From: Lingula anatina
Taxonomy: Eukaryota > Animalia > Brachiopoda
Assembly: GCA_051362555.1 (NCBI GenBank)
Contig: CM120645.1
Coordinates: forward strand, 8,556,001-8,620,000
DNA: 64,000 nucleotides
Direction: 5' to 3'
Position 1 is the stretch's first letter; every line of letters begins with the position of its first letter. Shown piece after piece: positions 24,701 to 40,100 of this stretch. The notes under the pieces are model-generated. The model saw only the letters and a list, made by a program, of their open reading frames with translations, made no database searches and was not told the DNA's origin. Both the position numbers and the translations under genes were made by a program.

Positions 24701-27700
24701 TTCACCTTAATGAGTGAGACTTATTAGACTGGCATCTCATTAAATGGTTGAGCAATTACCTTAATCCCTCGCAGTGGGGGAATGTTGGAGGGGACAGTTG
24801 CATATCAACTTAAACAGAAGTTAGTGTGATAATACTCCTACTCATTGATTTAGACAATTTCAGGTATACTATTACAGGTCATTAAATTGTGAATTCCTCA
24901 AAATGGAAGTGTATCACAAGCTGTGGAAGGGGTCTTGGTGTATATGTATGAGCATGCATTCATTTATTGCAGTATGGTGAACATTCCAATGGTACCCACT
25001 GCCTCACATGTCCAGTTGGTTACTACTGTCCACCTTTAAGCAAGGTCCAGCTGTGTCCACTAGGGACATATCAAGACCAGCCTGGAGAGCCGTCCTGTAA
25101 GATCTGCCCAGTTGGTCACTCGTGTCTGAATGTCTCTGTGCCACCTGTCCCCTGCACTCCAGGTTTCTACAGCCATCTTGTACAACATGACTGTGTGGTG
25201 AGTACCTTTATTATGGACACACACAGTGTCAGTACGCATACACGCACGCATGCATGCACACACACACATACACACACACCATTAAAGGTACATACGAACC
25301 GAGCATTGGTGGAGTGTGGATTCCCAGTAACTCATGCATATGTAAACCACTTCTATTAGTTTCTTGTAAGACTCAAATAAATTCGACATGCCAAGGGATA
25401 AACTGAATAGATCAATCAATCAGCCATAAAAGAGCTTTAGACTGCTCCTGTCTTTATATTTTTGGTCGAAATTTAACCTATTTTCGTGACCTACTTTTCT
25501 GCCCATTGACGTTCAGCATAGAATGCTAGCAGAAAAATGCCTTTTGGTAATTCTCTTAGTTATACTACTTGAAACTATATGCTGGTATTTGGTCAGTTTT
25601 TGTGGCAAAAAATTGACTTTGTATGCATCTTTAAAGGGATTAAATCTCAGCTCCAAGGTTTAATTGCTAGTCCCCTGCATAAAAGGGGCATGTAGAGGCA
25701 GGAAGACCAAATGGGAATAAGCGACATTCACATTGTTTTTAAGTGGGGTTGGCCATATTTAGTTGGCAGATTGGTTAGTGCATAGCTCATCTGTTCTGAA
25801 TGTGCCCATTAATTGAATGTATTATAGTAGCCTGGAGAACTAGCATTAATTAAGCAAAAAACTGAAAACACATTTATACATGTACATGAACATAATCCAA
25901 ATACTACACACAAAAAAAAAAAAATGTTTAGAGAAACGAGTTCACAGCTCCATAGAACTTCATCTGAGTACTAATTTTTTTTCCTTCTATTTCTAGCCAT
26001 GTGAGCCTGGGTATTATAGCACAGTAGCAGCAGGGTTATGCAGTGAGTGCCCTGGTGGTCACTCCTGTTATGATGGTGCCAACTACACAACACCCACACC
26101 CTGTAAGATGGGTACCTTCAGCCCAGCAGGCGTGTCTACATGCAGTGTGTGCGTGCCAGGTTGGTTTCCTTAGTTCAAGACGCGTTTACATTTGGTTTAA
26201 ATTGGACCTGTTTTGTCGCTAAGCAAAATATGGGTCTAGGTTTAATTTGATATCACTGTTCCTCTAGTCATTTGGAAAATTAAGTATTTTAAAATCTGGT
26301 TAATGGAATTGTTTGTAATTCATAGACTCTATTGATGTGAGATTTAGGCAGTACTTAATATTTATTTTGTATTTAAGGAATACATGTACATCATCAGCAT
26401 TTTATAATTCATAGTGTATGTTATTATTCATCCAGTTGTTATTTTAAACAATTAAGGAATGGAAAATTAAATAACATACTTGATTCTGATTTACAGATGA
26501 TACATGTATGAATTTGCTGTCTGTCATTTCTCTAATGAAAATTTTCTATAGGACATCCTATAAGACTCTATGGGACTCTAGAGGAATCCTTTAGGACTAT
26601 ATGAGACACCATAGGAATTTTTACTGACATTCTACAAGATTCCTTTCTAGGGTATATGTCCAATAAAACTGAACAGGATTTTGGGCCAATTTCCTACAGG
26701 ACGTCATGCAGGACCATATGGGAAATAATTTTTATTAGGGATGACTACAGTGACAATACATTCCCTTTCTTGAAGAAGTCTATGGAACATGGACAAAATG
26801 TTACAGCTCATACCACCTGTGTATCTGTGTCCAGTATGGCATTTAATTTTCCATTTCATAATTATTCCTAACATTATTGTCAGAAAAAAAATTCAAAAGA
26901 TATCTCAAAACCTCATGTTTTTACTGAAAATATGAAAACTTATACATGACCTTGTTTTTATGATGTATTCTAGGTTCCTACAGTCCTATAGGAGGGATGT
27001 CTTGTTCACCATGTCCAGTTGGGCATTACTGCCTTGACCCGGTGGTACCCAAACCATGTGGTTTAGGCAGTTACAGTGTGGGGGGAACTGTAAGTAGGCA
27101 AGAGGTGGATTTGAACCACATGCTAGATGTATTCTTATAAGTAGGACACAAGCTGTTGAGGCAGAGTCATACGACATTGTTTTCTCACATGAAGACGTTA
27201 TGTCTGACTCAGATTTTGTAAAAATTTAAACTTGATCGAAGAATGGCTATATTGTCATTTGACAAGGAAAGATTTTAAATTGCCTTAATATGGATACAGG
27301 AATAACTGTTTTATCTGTGCCTGCATATTGCCAATTTTGCTGTCTAGTTTCTTTTTTTATTTATTTAGTAAATTGATTCGGCTTTAGTCATTCAGCAATT
27401 TAACAAAAAAGAAAATGACCAGAAGTTAGATTATCGAATTTCTCTTCTTTTATGGCAATCTTAGAGGCAGTATAACAGTTTTATCCTTCATAATCTAATC
27501 CTGTATTAAATATGATATAATTGAAAATAAATAATAATTTCCTAGTGGTGAGAAGATTTTTTTCCACTATAACTTAAGAATACTGACTGTACTTGGTTCC
27601 AGGTATTGCAGTGTATCACATGCCCATCAGGTTTTGAGTGCAGCAACCCAGCGGCCCACCCAATACCTTGCCAATTTGGTACCTACTCTGAGGCCAATGC

Positions 27701-30700
27701 CACAGCTTGTACTATCTGCCCTGGGGGGTTCTCTTGTGTAGACCCCAGGGATCCCCCACAGCTTTGTGAGGAAGGGTACTACAGTTTAGAGGTAATGATT
27801 TGCATGTCTTTCTTTCTCTCATATGTTAGAAGTCTGGCACGCCTACTGATGCTGCTAAATGATAATTATAATTAATTACCCATTACAGCTTCAGTAGGCG
27901 TGCCAGACATCAGAGCCACTTAAAGGGATAATAACTCTTCGTTTCGGCCAAAAAATGAATTTTCCTGGAGTAAACAATAATTTTCCCATTCTAACCAATG
28001 GTTAATGAATCCATTTTTACATTCAAAGTTAGTCCCTGTTTTTTTTCTAAAAAGTTTGGTTTTTTGTTAAAATCTCTTAAGAGATTTTAACAGAGTATAG
28101 GCATCAGTGGAGGGCACGTGGTCTGAAGACAAGATCAGATATCAGAATAATAACTATAACTGCTGTTTTTGTGGTAAAACAGAATATATTATATTTCTAT
28201 GAGTTATTCACAATGTTTTTATAGTGAAATATAGATCTCATACGAAGAGTTATTATCCCTTTAAGCTGAGTGCAATTTAGCGAGAAACCCCTCGGAGATG
28301 GGTCGATTCTGCTTGATCGATCTAGGTATGGGAATGGGGTCTAATACACCATTTGTGTATACATATACATTCAGGGTGATGGTCAGTGCAGACAGTGTCC
28401 AGCTGGCTACTCTTGTTCCCTGGACGGCACCGAGACAGCCTGTGACCTGGGCTACTACAGCCGGGCGGGGGACTTCAACTGCACCCTGTGTCCAGCGGGT
28501 TCCCAGTGTCCATCTCCTGATGTGGCCCCCATTGAGTGTGACGCTGGTCAGCACACAAATGGTCAAGATGGCCAGACGTCCTGTGCAGATTGCTTGGCTG
28601 GTCAGTCTTGCTATAATACAAGGTAAAAAAGGTGGATGGGAGGGGGTGTTTAAAGTTTTTGTGTAGTATTGTAGCTGGTGGTACGTACATAGAAGGGTGC
28701 TTAACCTCTCTAGTACTCCTTAAATATTGCTGCTAAGTATTTTTACTTCATGTGCTTTCTTTTGTTTAAAAGTGTATAAGATACAATGAAAAAAAAATGA
28801 AAAAAGGTGGCTGCATTTTAAATGTGTTTAGTAAGTAATTGATTTATAAAATTTCTTGATGAAATTAATTTGTTGAAGGCAAGACACAATTAAAAAATCA
28901 TTTGATGGAAGTGTTTGTTGTAACTGGAATCAAAGTAACTTTTAGATGGAAAAAAAAGCCTTATTCTTACATGTATTGTATAGCTGTTTGACATTTAATG
29001 GATGATGCTGTGCTTAATCCTTTTTGTTTTTGTTTAAATTTTTCTCTTTTTTAACATGTAAATAAAAAATGTCTTACTGAATTATTATTTTCTAAGTTGT
29101 ATTTACAATTGAAACTAACATTAATTTTTCTTAAAGTTAATAATGTATCAAAAGTTCCCAGATTTTTTTATTTCTTATTTTTCAAGTTTGTATTGATCTA
29201 AAATTCAAAGATCTGTTACTTCAGGCTGCCCCCAGTCCAGTGTAGTAGTGGCCAATACAGTGGTCCTAGGTCCACTACATGTATGACCTGTCCAGCAGGC
29301 TACAGTTGTGCCACCACTGTGTCCAGTCCCCTGCCTTGTCCACTTGGGACTTACTCCATTGGTGGTCAGACGGCTTGTACCTCCTGCCCGGCTGGCAGTG
29401 CCTGTCCATCTGCCACCAATGTGTCCAGTATTTACATCTGTCCAGTTGGTGGGTTGTTCTGGCTCCATTATAGATAACTTGAGAACTAAATATATTTTAG
29501 TTATGATTTGTGTTATTTTTTTGTTTTTTCACATCAAGCAATGAGCTATATCTCACTGCTTCAAATAAAGCATTTTTACTGGACCTTTTAAGAATTTAAA
29601 AATGACCACAAGACAAATTCTCACACATCATTAGCCTCAAATGATGTCATTCAGCACTGAAAGTCTTAATTATTTAAGGCTATCTCTGATGTTTTCTATT
29701 TGTAGTAGTAATGGTACTTGTATAGTTATAGTGCAGTATTATACATAGTACAGGTATTAGTAGCATATTCTTAACGTTGTGTAATTTTTTCAGGCACCTA
29801 CTCACTACCTGACAGCCCTGACTGTACAGTCTGTCCATCAGGGAACTATTGTCCATCCATCACAGAGGATACGGTACTGGACTGTCCATCTGGAACCTTC
29901 AGCCATTCTGGTCAAGCCGTGTGCATGTTATGTCCAGCAGGATGGCAGTGTCCAGTGCCAGACGGAACACAGAACTCTGAGTGTGTACCTGGGTTCTTTT
30001 CTATAGGTATGAGCTTTTGAGGGAAGATAGGTGAAGATGTGAAGAATTTTGAAAATCTGTTGTCAGGAGGCATTGAATTTATCACATAAATTTAAGAAAA
30101 ATTGGCCTTTGGGGTGCATGTATCTGGTTAATCAAAATGGAAATACAAGTAAAACTGTTAAATCAAATCATTTAAATAAATCTGTCAAATCAAAATTAAA
30201 AAACTGTCATTTTGAACATTTTCTGCCTATGGTAAGAAAATGTGGCAACAGATGTTTCCTGGCTGTCAAGCTGCGTTTACCAATCATACATTCTGTGCCT
30301 AAAATAGATTTGTGGTCATCATAAAAGTCTTCATTTTTTCTTGCCTTTTAAACAGCACTTAAAATTAGAAGGCCGTGCATGATATGTTACCATTTTAATT
30401 GCTTGATTCAGAATGTTTGGGTCTTATATGAAATGCTTATTTTGAAGCAATTTTGATTTTTTTTCCCAATCAAAAAAAATAAAAAAACTATGTTGTTAGA
30501 TGGGTTTGTTAGATGGGAAAAACTTAAAACTTAAAAAATAAACCCTGCATAGACCTTAGTGTTTTTGTTTTTATATATGGTCTTAAATTGCCCATGCTGT
30601 AGATTTGATGTTTCCACACCCTAAATAAAGATGAGGAAAAAAAACACCAACTGATCTCAAGTTAAGCTGCTACACAATTCTAAAATCATGTTTTAAAAAA

Positions 30701-33700
30701 AGAATAATTTCATCAATTGCACTGTTTACAGGGAGTCTCAGCTAGTTAAACTACATAAAAATTTTGTTTGAATTAACTTTCTATTTCTAGGTAACCAAAC
30801 AGCATGTACTCAATGCCCAGCTGGTTTTGCCTGTCCAAGTACAACGTCCAATCAAACCTTCTCCTGTCATCCTGGTACTTATGCTGTTGCTGGTTCTACC
30901 AGTTGTACCCTATGTATCCCAGGCTATGAGTGCCCCCGTGTGGACAGCGCAGAGAGATTACCGTGTAACTTGGGGTTCTTCAGCATAGGCTCTCAGGCTG
31001 AGTGTGATGCTTGCCCTGCTGGCTACGCTTGTGATTCTTCATTAAACAGGTAAGTGACACCGGAAAGAAAACTGCAAAACTGAGTTAAACTTTTTTACTT
31101 GTAATAAAAGCTAAATTGACTGACACTGCAGGCTTCACATATATCTCTGAAATTTTGTATAGTATGATATCTATGTTGTATCAATTTGTATATTTCATCC
31201 ATTTTTGTATATTTTTTTGTTACTTCAAACTTAATTTTTAATTTTTTTTTATTCTTCAAATAAACTTTTAACATTCAAATTTTATACATATGTTTTAATT
31301 CCTTTGTGATTCAATCACTTAAGAAATGCCCCAATTAAGATATTAAGCTGTATTATTTAACATGATATAGGACCCAGTGTCCAGTGGGCACGTACTCCCT
31401 GCTAGGAGCCAGCATGTGCACACCGTGTGAAGCAGGGCGCAAGTGTCCATTCACCAACCAGACCAGCAAGGAGTGTGAGAATGGCACATACAGTCTTGGC
31501 AGTCAGGTGGAGTGCACCCCGTGTCCCGCAGGCTCATATTGTGCACAAAAGGACATACCACCCCTAATTTGTCAAATGGGTACCTACAGTAGCACCTCCG
31601 TCATGGAGTGTTCCCCTTGCTCTCCAGGGTACATGTGTGGCATCAACAGGACCAGCAGTGAACCCCCACAGGATATTTGCCCAATAGGTAATGTTCACAT
31701 CAGGTTTTATTTAAAATGGCCTTATTTAACCTAAACTCAAGTAAAAATATTTAATTTAAAAGTTAAAGTTAAAACTGATGTTAACACATCCTATGTGTTC
31801 CAAAGTGATATTTGCCAAGAAGGAGCTCAAGTGAAAAAGATTATTTTAGGCTAATATATTGACCTACAAAATGATTATAATTTAAACTGGCAAGAAGCAA
31901 TATAACATTTTACATTATAGCAAACTGAGAATCCTAATTAATTAAACATTCTACTCAAATTTGGCAGAATGAGTAGCTGTAATAAGTATATGTTTGTGTA
32001 TGCAATATATGTATGTGTATGTATTTCAGGCTCGTATTGTCCAGATGGTAAGATAAGCATACTGTGTCCCAAAAGTACCTATGGTAACATGACCGGTGCC
32101 AGTAATATCACCTACTGTCTTCCCTGTGTCGCCGGGTGGATTTGTAAGGTGGGCACTAGGGGGCACCCTGGCACCCCTGGCTCTAATGCTCAGTTATGTT
32201 ACGAAGGTCATTATTGTCCAGAGGGCGCTGAGTACCAGGGATGCCCTAAGGGTATGTGGAGCCCCAATAAAGGTAACACTGACCCTGAAGACTGTGATTT
32301 GTGTCCTGGTGGGATGTTGTGTGAGAAGAAAGGCATATTTCGACCATATTTTGTATGCCCTGACAGTTACTATTGTCCACCTGGTAGCCATACTCCAACC
32401 AAGTGTCCACCAGGTAGAGACACCCGGGGTGGAGCATCCCACATAGACCACTGCCTGCCAACAGAAAAGGGTTTCTTTAGCACAGGGCAAGGGACTGAAA
32501 GACGGGCACCTTGTCACCCTGGGTACTGGGGAAACGTGACAGGAATGCAAACACACGAGTTGGCTTGTACTCTGTGTCCACCTGGGAAAGTCTGTGATGG
32601 CCTTGCTTTGACGGAGCCTGGCAGAGACTGTGAGTTGGGTTACTATTGTCTAGAAGGTACAGTGAGCCCCACCCAGCAATGCCACTGGACTGGTCAGTGT
32701 GAGCGGCTGTCTGATCTGCCCAGCAGGCTTTGCTTGTACTGGGGCGACTGGGTCTCCCTTAGTTGAAATGTTGATATGTGCAAAGGGACATTATTGTCCC
32801 AATGGGACAGTTTCAGACGTCCAGTTTCCTTGCCCTGGAGGGACATACAATTCATATACAGGAATGAGCCAATTGTCCGACTGTAAAACATGTCCTGCTG
32901 GACAACTTTGTCCTCCTGGAACATACGAAATTGTAGAGGCATACTCAATGTGTGACCGTGGTCATTACTGTCCAGCTGGGACCAATCAATCCGTTCCATG
33001 CCCTGGTGGTACCTATAACCCGGATGAAGGGAGCATAGCTGTAACGTTCTGCAGAGGTTGCCCAATTGGTCACTATTGTCCAGCAGGCAGTGTGGACCCT
33101 ACGCCTTGTGAACCGGGTACCATGAACCCTAACGTGAACCAGTCCAGAGAATCATCAGCCTGTCTGCCTTGCACTGCTGGCCAGGTGTGTACGGCATACG
33201 GTCTAACTGAGCCTGATGGCCCATGTCAAGCTGGTTTCTTCTGTCCAGAAGGCACAGCCATGGCAAACGAAACTGTCTGTCCAGCAGGCACTTATACCGA
33301 CCGAGACAATCTGACCTCTGCAGATGAATGTGACATCTGCCCAGCATCCTTTGCCTGTTTGGAAGGCACAGGCGGATTTAAATTGCGCCCGAGACCATGC
33401 AGCAAAGGTGCGTACTGTCCAGCAGGAACAACCTTCCCTTGGAAGTACCGATGTCCCGCAGGGACATGGAGTGACTTGACCAACCTGGTCAGCGCTGACC
33501 AGTGCTACACCTGCCCTCAGGGTTACTACTGCAAGAGAGGGTCATGGAAACCATGGGGGGAATGCTTCCCTGGATACTACTGTCCTGAAGGTAAGTGTGA
33601 TTACCATGGTAACATTGCATATTTCAGCCTTCTGGATATATATGGAAATCTGAAAAGGTATGCCCTCAGACTCCCCCTTAAACAGCTGCACTCCCTCTGC

Positions 33701-33941
33701 ACTTTTTTTATCTGGGCTTCCTTCTAGAAGGTCCACTTTCATCTCTGGGAATATATTATTAGCATACAGCACCTATTGTTGAACAATGATGAACAATGTT
33801 TTATTTTGTTTTAGATGGCTCCAGGATTTACACTTTTAAGTGCGTTTTTGATCAGTAAGAAATTATATATAGTTTACACATTTTACTGTTAAGTGTATAC
33901 CTCATCTCTCTCCTCCCTCCCCTATCCCCTAATAAAATGTG

Positions 33942-34014
<73 letters not shown>

Positions 34015-36990
34015 ATAAATTGAGTTTTTCCTTTCTCTCCACCCCCAGGAACACCTGCCGGTGACACCTATCCCTGTCCCAATGGCACGTACAGCAAGGA
34101 CGGGGTGCAATGTCCATCTTGTCCTATGGGGCATTACTGTATGGAGAAGACACACATCCCAGAGCCCTGCAGTCCGTGAGTTTCCAGGCATAATGTTTTA
34201 TGCAGTCTTATATATTAGCCAACTCTTTGCATTTAGGGCAAGCTGTGAGTTTTCAAGCAAAACTTTTTATTAATAATCATTTGTGTCAAATATATGAATA
34301 CTGATTTTATGTGCATAAAGGGATTTGCATATGTTGTAGGGAAAAATCTGATGTATTTTCAGAGGCTTCTACAACCCTAATTATGGTGAAAAGAATGCAC
34401 TTGCATGTTTAGAATGCCCAGGTGGTCACTACTGCCCAGGCAATGGCACATTTGTCCCTCTAGCATGTGGAAAGGGCATGTTCTCTGAAGTAGGATCCAT
34501 AAACTGCACCCTGTGCCTGGCTGGTCACTACTGTGACAGTACCACCACTAGTGCCACACTCATGCTGACCGCTCGAGTCTGTCCAGCTGGAACCCTTTGT
34601 TTACCAGGCCAGCAACTGCCACCAGATATATTCAATAAATGCCCCAAGGGTCATTACTGCCCTGGAGCTGCAATTCATCCAGAGGCTTTGCCTTGCCCGA
34701 TAGGAACCTACAACCCAGATCTTGGCATCAAGTCAGAAGCTGAATGCCTGGAGTGTTTGCAAGGGAGATATTGTGACGAGGAAGGCTTGGCTGAAACCAA
34801 GGAGTGTCCCCCTGGCTATTACTGTGTAGCTGGCAGTAAGTATGCACTCCCCTGCCCCCTGGGAACCTTTAACAGTATCAGTGGCTCCACAAACAGCAGC
34901 TATTGTATCAGATGTTCTGGTGGAAGGTACTGTGATGGGTTAGGGCTGACGGCTCCCAGTGGGCTCTGTGATGCTGGCTTTTTCTGCAAGGAGAGTTCAC
35001 AGTCTCCAGCTCCTCTCAGTGGCACCCTGGGGGACTTGTGTCCACAAGGAAGCTACTGTCCAACAGGATCCACTCTCCCAACAGCCTGCCCCATGGGGAC
35101 GTACAGTAAATCTATTGGAGCCAAAAGTGTCAGTGAATGTCTGCCTTGTGACCCAGGGTATTTTTGCATCGCTCCAGATATTGGGACTTCAACGGCCATG
35201 TTTTTGTGTGCTGCTGGGTACTACTGCACTGGAGGCGCAACCACTGCAATACAGCATGCTACACCAGCAGGTCACTACTCTGAACCAGGTGCTACCAAAC
35301 CAGAGCCATGTCCACAAGGAGAGTACCAGCCCGTGAATAACTCAAACATTTGTCTCCCCTGTCCTCAGGGCTTCTACTGTGACAGCACTGCTACGGTTGA
35401 GGACACAAAGGTAATCTGTCCCAAAGGTCACTTTTGTCCCAAAGGTAGTTCTCTGCCAACACCTTGCCCAGTTGGCCATTATCTTGACGAAACTGGTCAG
35501 ATTGAGTTAGGGACCTGTAATCTGTGTATGGAAGGTTTTGCATGCACCGAGAGTGGCCTGGCACAGCCAGTGGTCAAATGCCATGCTGGACACTACTGCC
35601 TAAAAGGTGCTGATACGTCCACTCCTGTTGGGAAATCTTTTGGTGACCTCTGTCCGGCTGGTTATTTTTGTCCAGAGGGGACAGCTTATTTCAGCCACCA
35701 TCCCTGCCCTAACGGTACCTACAGTGCCTTCACTGGAGGACAGGATGAAAGTCACTGCCTTAGTTGTGATCCAGGAATGGTGTGTAATGGAACAGCACTA
35801 ACGACACCTACAGGACTGTGTGCACCAGGATACTACTGCATAGGTGGCAGCACTAGTACAAGGCCTGTGAATGATGGCGCCACAGGGGGTGTTTGCAAGA
35901 TAGGCCACCATTGTCCTGAAGGTTCAGGTGAGCTAAATGTCATTTGAAGATCTTTTCAAAATTTGCAAATCTTAGCGTTGTTTCACATATTTGAATATTT
36001 ACAAAGACGCAGCTGTATAACTGTTGTTAAAATGAATACATATTATTCAGTCAAGAAAGGTTCAATTTGTTAGTACTTAGTTGGTTAGTGATGTAGAGAA
36101 GCATATTGCATAGTAATATAGGGAGACCTTATAAAATGTAGTTTAATGGAGTATGATAAGTGAAGGAATTTAGTATTGGGTTGCTGGCGTTTTATTTATT
36201 AGAGGAAAATGATGAGCTTACATTTGAAGTGAAATACATGGTGTATCATGTATTAGCAGTAGATATAACATAATGATTTGCCTTCATGATGTTTGTGGGC
36301 TTAGTATAAGGATAAACTTTCCCTTAGTGTAATTGCTAGTTGATTTTAGCCAGATCCATGATGATTAATGATGATGAGTAATTTAATGATTGAAAATAAA
36401 TTTTGCTGAAAAGTGAAACATCTAACATTATGCTCACCCTAGATAATAAGCTTGTAAGTTTGGCATTTCACTAATATTTCTACCATAGCACGAGTCAATT
36501 AAAATTATATTTTGTTTACCCTAAGTCCTCTTTCTGGATAGCGACTCTCACTGGAAAACCATAAAGTTGAAAAGTAACAGCTAGATGATTTCAGCAATAT
36601 CTCAGCAGTGTCCCACCCCCCTCCCCCTCAAAGACTCATTTTTTACAAAAAAAAGTATATATATATATATATATAATTTCAGCAATATCTCAGCAGTGTC
36701 CCACCCCCCTCCCCCTCAAAGACTCATTTTTTACAAAAAAAAGTATATATATATATATAATTTCAGCAATATCTCAGCAGTGTCCCACCCCCCTCCCCCT
36801 CAAAGACTCATTTTTTACAAAAAAAAGTATATATATATATAATTTCAGCAATATCTCAGCAGTGTCCCACCCCCCTCCCCCTCAAAGACTCATTTTTTAC
36901 AAAAAAAAGTATATATATATATAATTTCAGCAATATCTCAGCAGTGTCCCACCCCCCTCCCCCTCAAAGACTCATTTTTTACAAAAAAAA

Positions 36991-37025
<35 letters not shown>

Positions 37026-37090
37026 CAGCAATATCTCAGCAGTGTCCCACCCCCCTCCCCCTCAAAGACTCATTTTTTACAAAAAAAAAA

Positions 37091-37147
<57 letters not shown>

Positions 37148-40100
37148 CAGCAATATCTCAGCAGTGTCCCCCTCTCCCTCATAGACTCATTTTTACAAAA
37201 AATATATATATATAATTTTAGCAACATCTCAGCAGTGTCCCCCAGGGTCATTCTCCAATGTGACTGGACTGTCCACCTGCTGGCCGTGCCCTGCTGGCTA
37301 TTACTGTGAGCTGGACACTAGTGTGGAAGAGTACATAGTTCCTAGACTCTGTCTGCCGGGACATTATTGCCCGAAGAGTGCATCCATAGATATGCCAAAA
37401 TGTCCACCAGGAACTTACAGTAGTAGTTATGGTAAATGTTATTTATACATATACTGTAACAGTGGACTCTGCATAACATAATGGGAGACCTTATTGGGAC
37501 GTACCAGAAAATTTAATTTAGTTATGAGAAGATATATGTGAAGATCAATATTTATATGGTTCAGATTGTACCAAAAGTAAAATCTGTTCCACAAGATTTG
37601 TGCAAGATAAATGATAATTCAAGTTATACTAATGGCAGAGCCTGCTGGGTATTGAAAACCAGATGAAATTGTGCTGTTGCTCAGAAAGGATTGCAATACT
37701 GTAAATTTTCAGGTTGTCAAAATTGCAGAACTGAATTTCTATCACGTAAAAAGAAAGAAGATGAAGGTAATACATTCAAAGTGTGATTATCATGATTCAG
37801 GTTTATCCTCTGAGAATGAGTGCCTTCCATGTCCTGGAGGATTCTACTGCTTCAAGCATGGTGCCACGGGGTATGATCCGCTCGCAAACATCTCTCAGTC
37901 TGGGGTGGCTATGTGTGAGGCAGGGTACTACTGTAAATCTGGTAGGATAATCTTCCATTTTTATCTAATCAATTTATTATTATTATTATTATTTTGAATT
38001 GCATGTATTTCAATGAACTTTTTTTCCAAAACCTCTGAAATACATGTATAATGCTCTTATAGCATATGTCTGTCAGCTGCATTTAGGTTTCTGTAGTAAA
38101 GTGACATTGTAGGTAGAGTGATTTTTGGTTTATTTTTCAATGTTAGAGTTATTTCTTGGCAGAAAATGAGTTTGTGGTCTTATTGCTATTACAAGCAAAA
38201 CTTTTTCAAATAAGTACACTACAGTTTAATTTTTTTTCTCCATAGGTGCCAGCAGTGGAACTCCAACACCTGACATCAGCACTGGTCAAGGAGGTCCTTG
38301 CCCTACTGGTCACTACTGTCCAATACAGACAGAGGACCCAGTACCATGCCCCAGCGGGACCTACAGGGATACCCCTTTGGCCAAAGCTGTAGTAGATTGT
38401 GTCCAATGTCCCCTGGGGATGTACTGTGCCAGGACTAACCTCAGCCACCCCCAGGGACCCTGTGACCCTGGCTTCTACTGCTTAATAGGAAGCAACACTT
38501 CATCTCCCACTGGGGAAGACCCCACCCAGGGGGCACCTTGTCCTGTTGGTAACTATTGTTCAGGAGGCACGTCCACCCCCCTGAACTGCCCATCTGGTAC
38601 TTATAACAACCTTACTGGTCAAAGCACTTGCATGTCCTGTCCAGAGGGATTCTACTGCCCAGAAAATTTAACATCCTATGAGGAATACCTGTGTCCTGTT
38701 GGTCACTATTGTCCAGAAGGGACTGGCCATGCCTATGAGTACAAGTGTCCTAAGGGATACTTCAGGAACACTACTATGGGAGAGAAGTTAGCTGATTGCT
38801 ATCCGTGTCCTGGGGGATATTACTGTGCAGGGGAGGGACTGACTGGACCAACTGGACTCTGTAGTGCAGGTAAGTATTTGGGACCATTCAGAATGAGAAG
38901 AGCTGAGGTCTAGCAAAGCCATGACCTAAATATGGCGGACCTACATGAAAGAAAGAACGCTTAATCCTGTAATAGTCTCTCTGCCTCTCACACACCTCTC
39001 CACGTGTCGTCCCTGCAGGGGCATAGTAATTAAATCTCGGCTCAATTCAACCGATCGAGGGATGACACGTTATTAGTTTTTCCAAGTACTCCACAAGTTT
39101 GCTTTTTGCTATTAAGTAAATTGGCTGTCACAGACTTGGGACACTATTTAGGTTACTCTCTTGCATAATAGCCAGACTATAAAGCTGTCAATGGACTCAT
39201 TTAGAATAGGGGACTAACAAGTCCCAGGGTCAAATATGGCCCACCCACTTGAATACTTCCCTATGGGATATCTATTCAGTGTCTGTTAGTGGATTAGACG
39301 GCATGCTTGTACAGTAGCATTTGACATGTTTGACTCTCGAACTAGTTAGTCCCCTATTCTGAATGAGACCAAACTCTCAGGGTGTTCAGATATGAGCCAT
39401 CCTGGAATGTTTCATAATATACTTTTTCTGTATTTTCTACTATTTCTCTGTATTTTACAGGTTATTTTTGTGTCCGTGCTGCATGGTCTTCTGAACCATC
39501 TGACTATGACAACTACACCACCGGGGACTGTCTTTGTCCCTCCACGGTGACAGGGGGAGAGTGCCAGCCAGGGTATTACTGTCCCCAGGGGTCATGGGAA
39601 CCCATCAGCTGCCCTGGGGGGAAGTACTGTGCCAGACCAGGTAGGTACTTTTTTTGTAGGGGTGGGGGGGTGGTAAGACATTTCTGTCCCAAGGGGCCAT
39701 GGGAACTTATCATCTGTATTGTACTGGGGCAGCTACAGTACTTACACTTCATAATTTCTAGCAACAAATTTTATTTTTAAACAAGATAAGTTTTTTATGT
39801 TTAAAAAGTATTATGATCTAAAGGTTGTCAAAAGCTAAATTGCTTCATGCTAGAAAGTAAATTGCTGTGAATGTGTAATAAATGATAAACCTTGAAAAAC
39901 CTGTATATCAAATCATTTCCTATTCCAGGTCTCTCTGAGGTCACAGGATCATGAAGTGCAGGTCACTACGTTGCTTCATGGCATTCTGATCTTGTACAAC
40001 ACATTCCCTTATTCATTCCAGATCTCTCTGAGGCCACAGGATTTTGCCCTTGCTGCATTGCACCCTGATCCTATACAGCAAATGATGTCTTACATCAGGT

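Noticed and set aside
33922-34191. ERERER-containing minus-strand ORFs
   Set aside because: Translation of a (CT)n microsatellite.
32096-35801. Numerous alternative-frame and antisense ORFs over the Cys-rich exons
   Set aside because: Shadow ORFs of the GC-richer coding exons.
36585-37144. Repeat-spacer appearance and small ORFs
   Set aside because: The variable parts are only (TA)n/A-run length changes; the ORFs are repeat artefacts.
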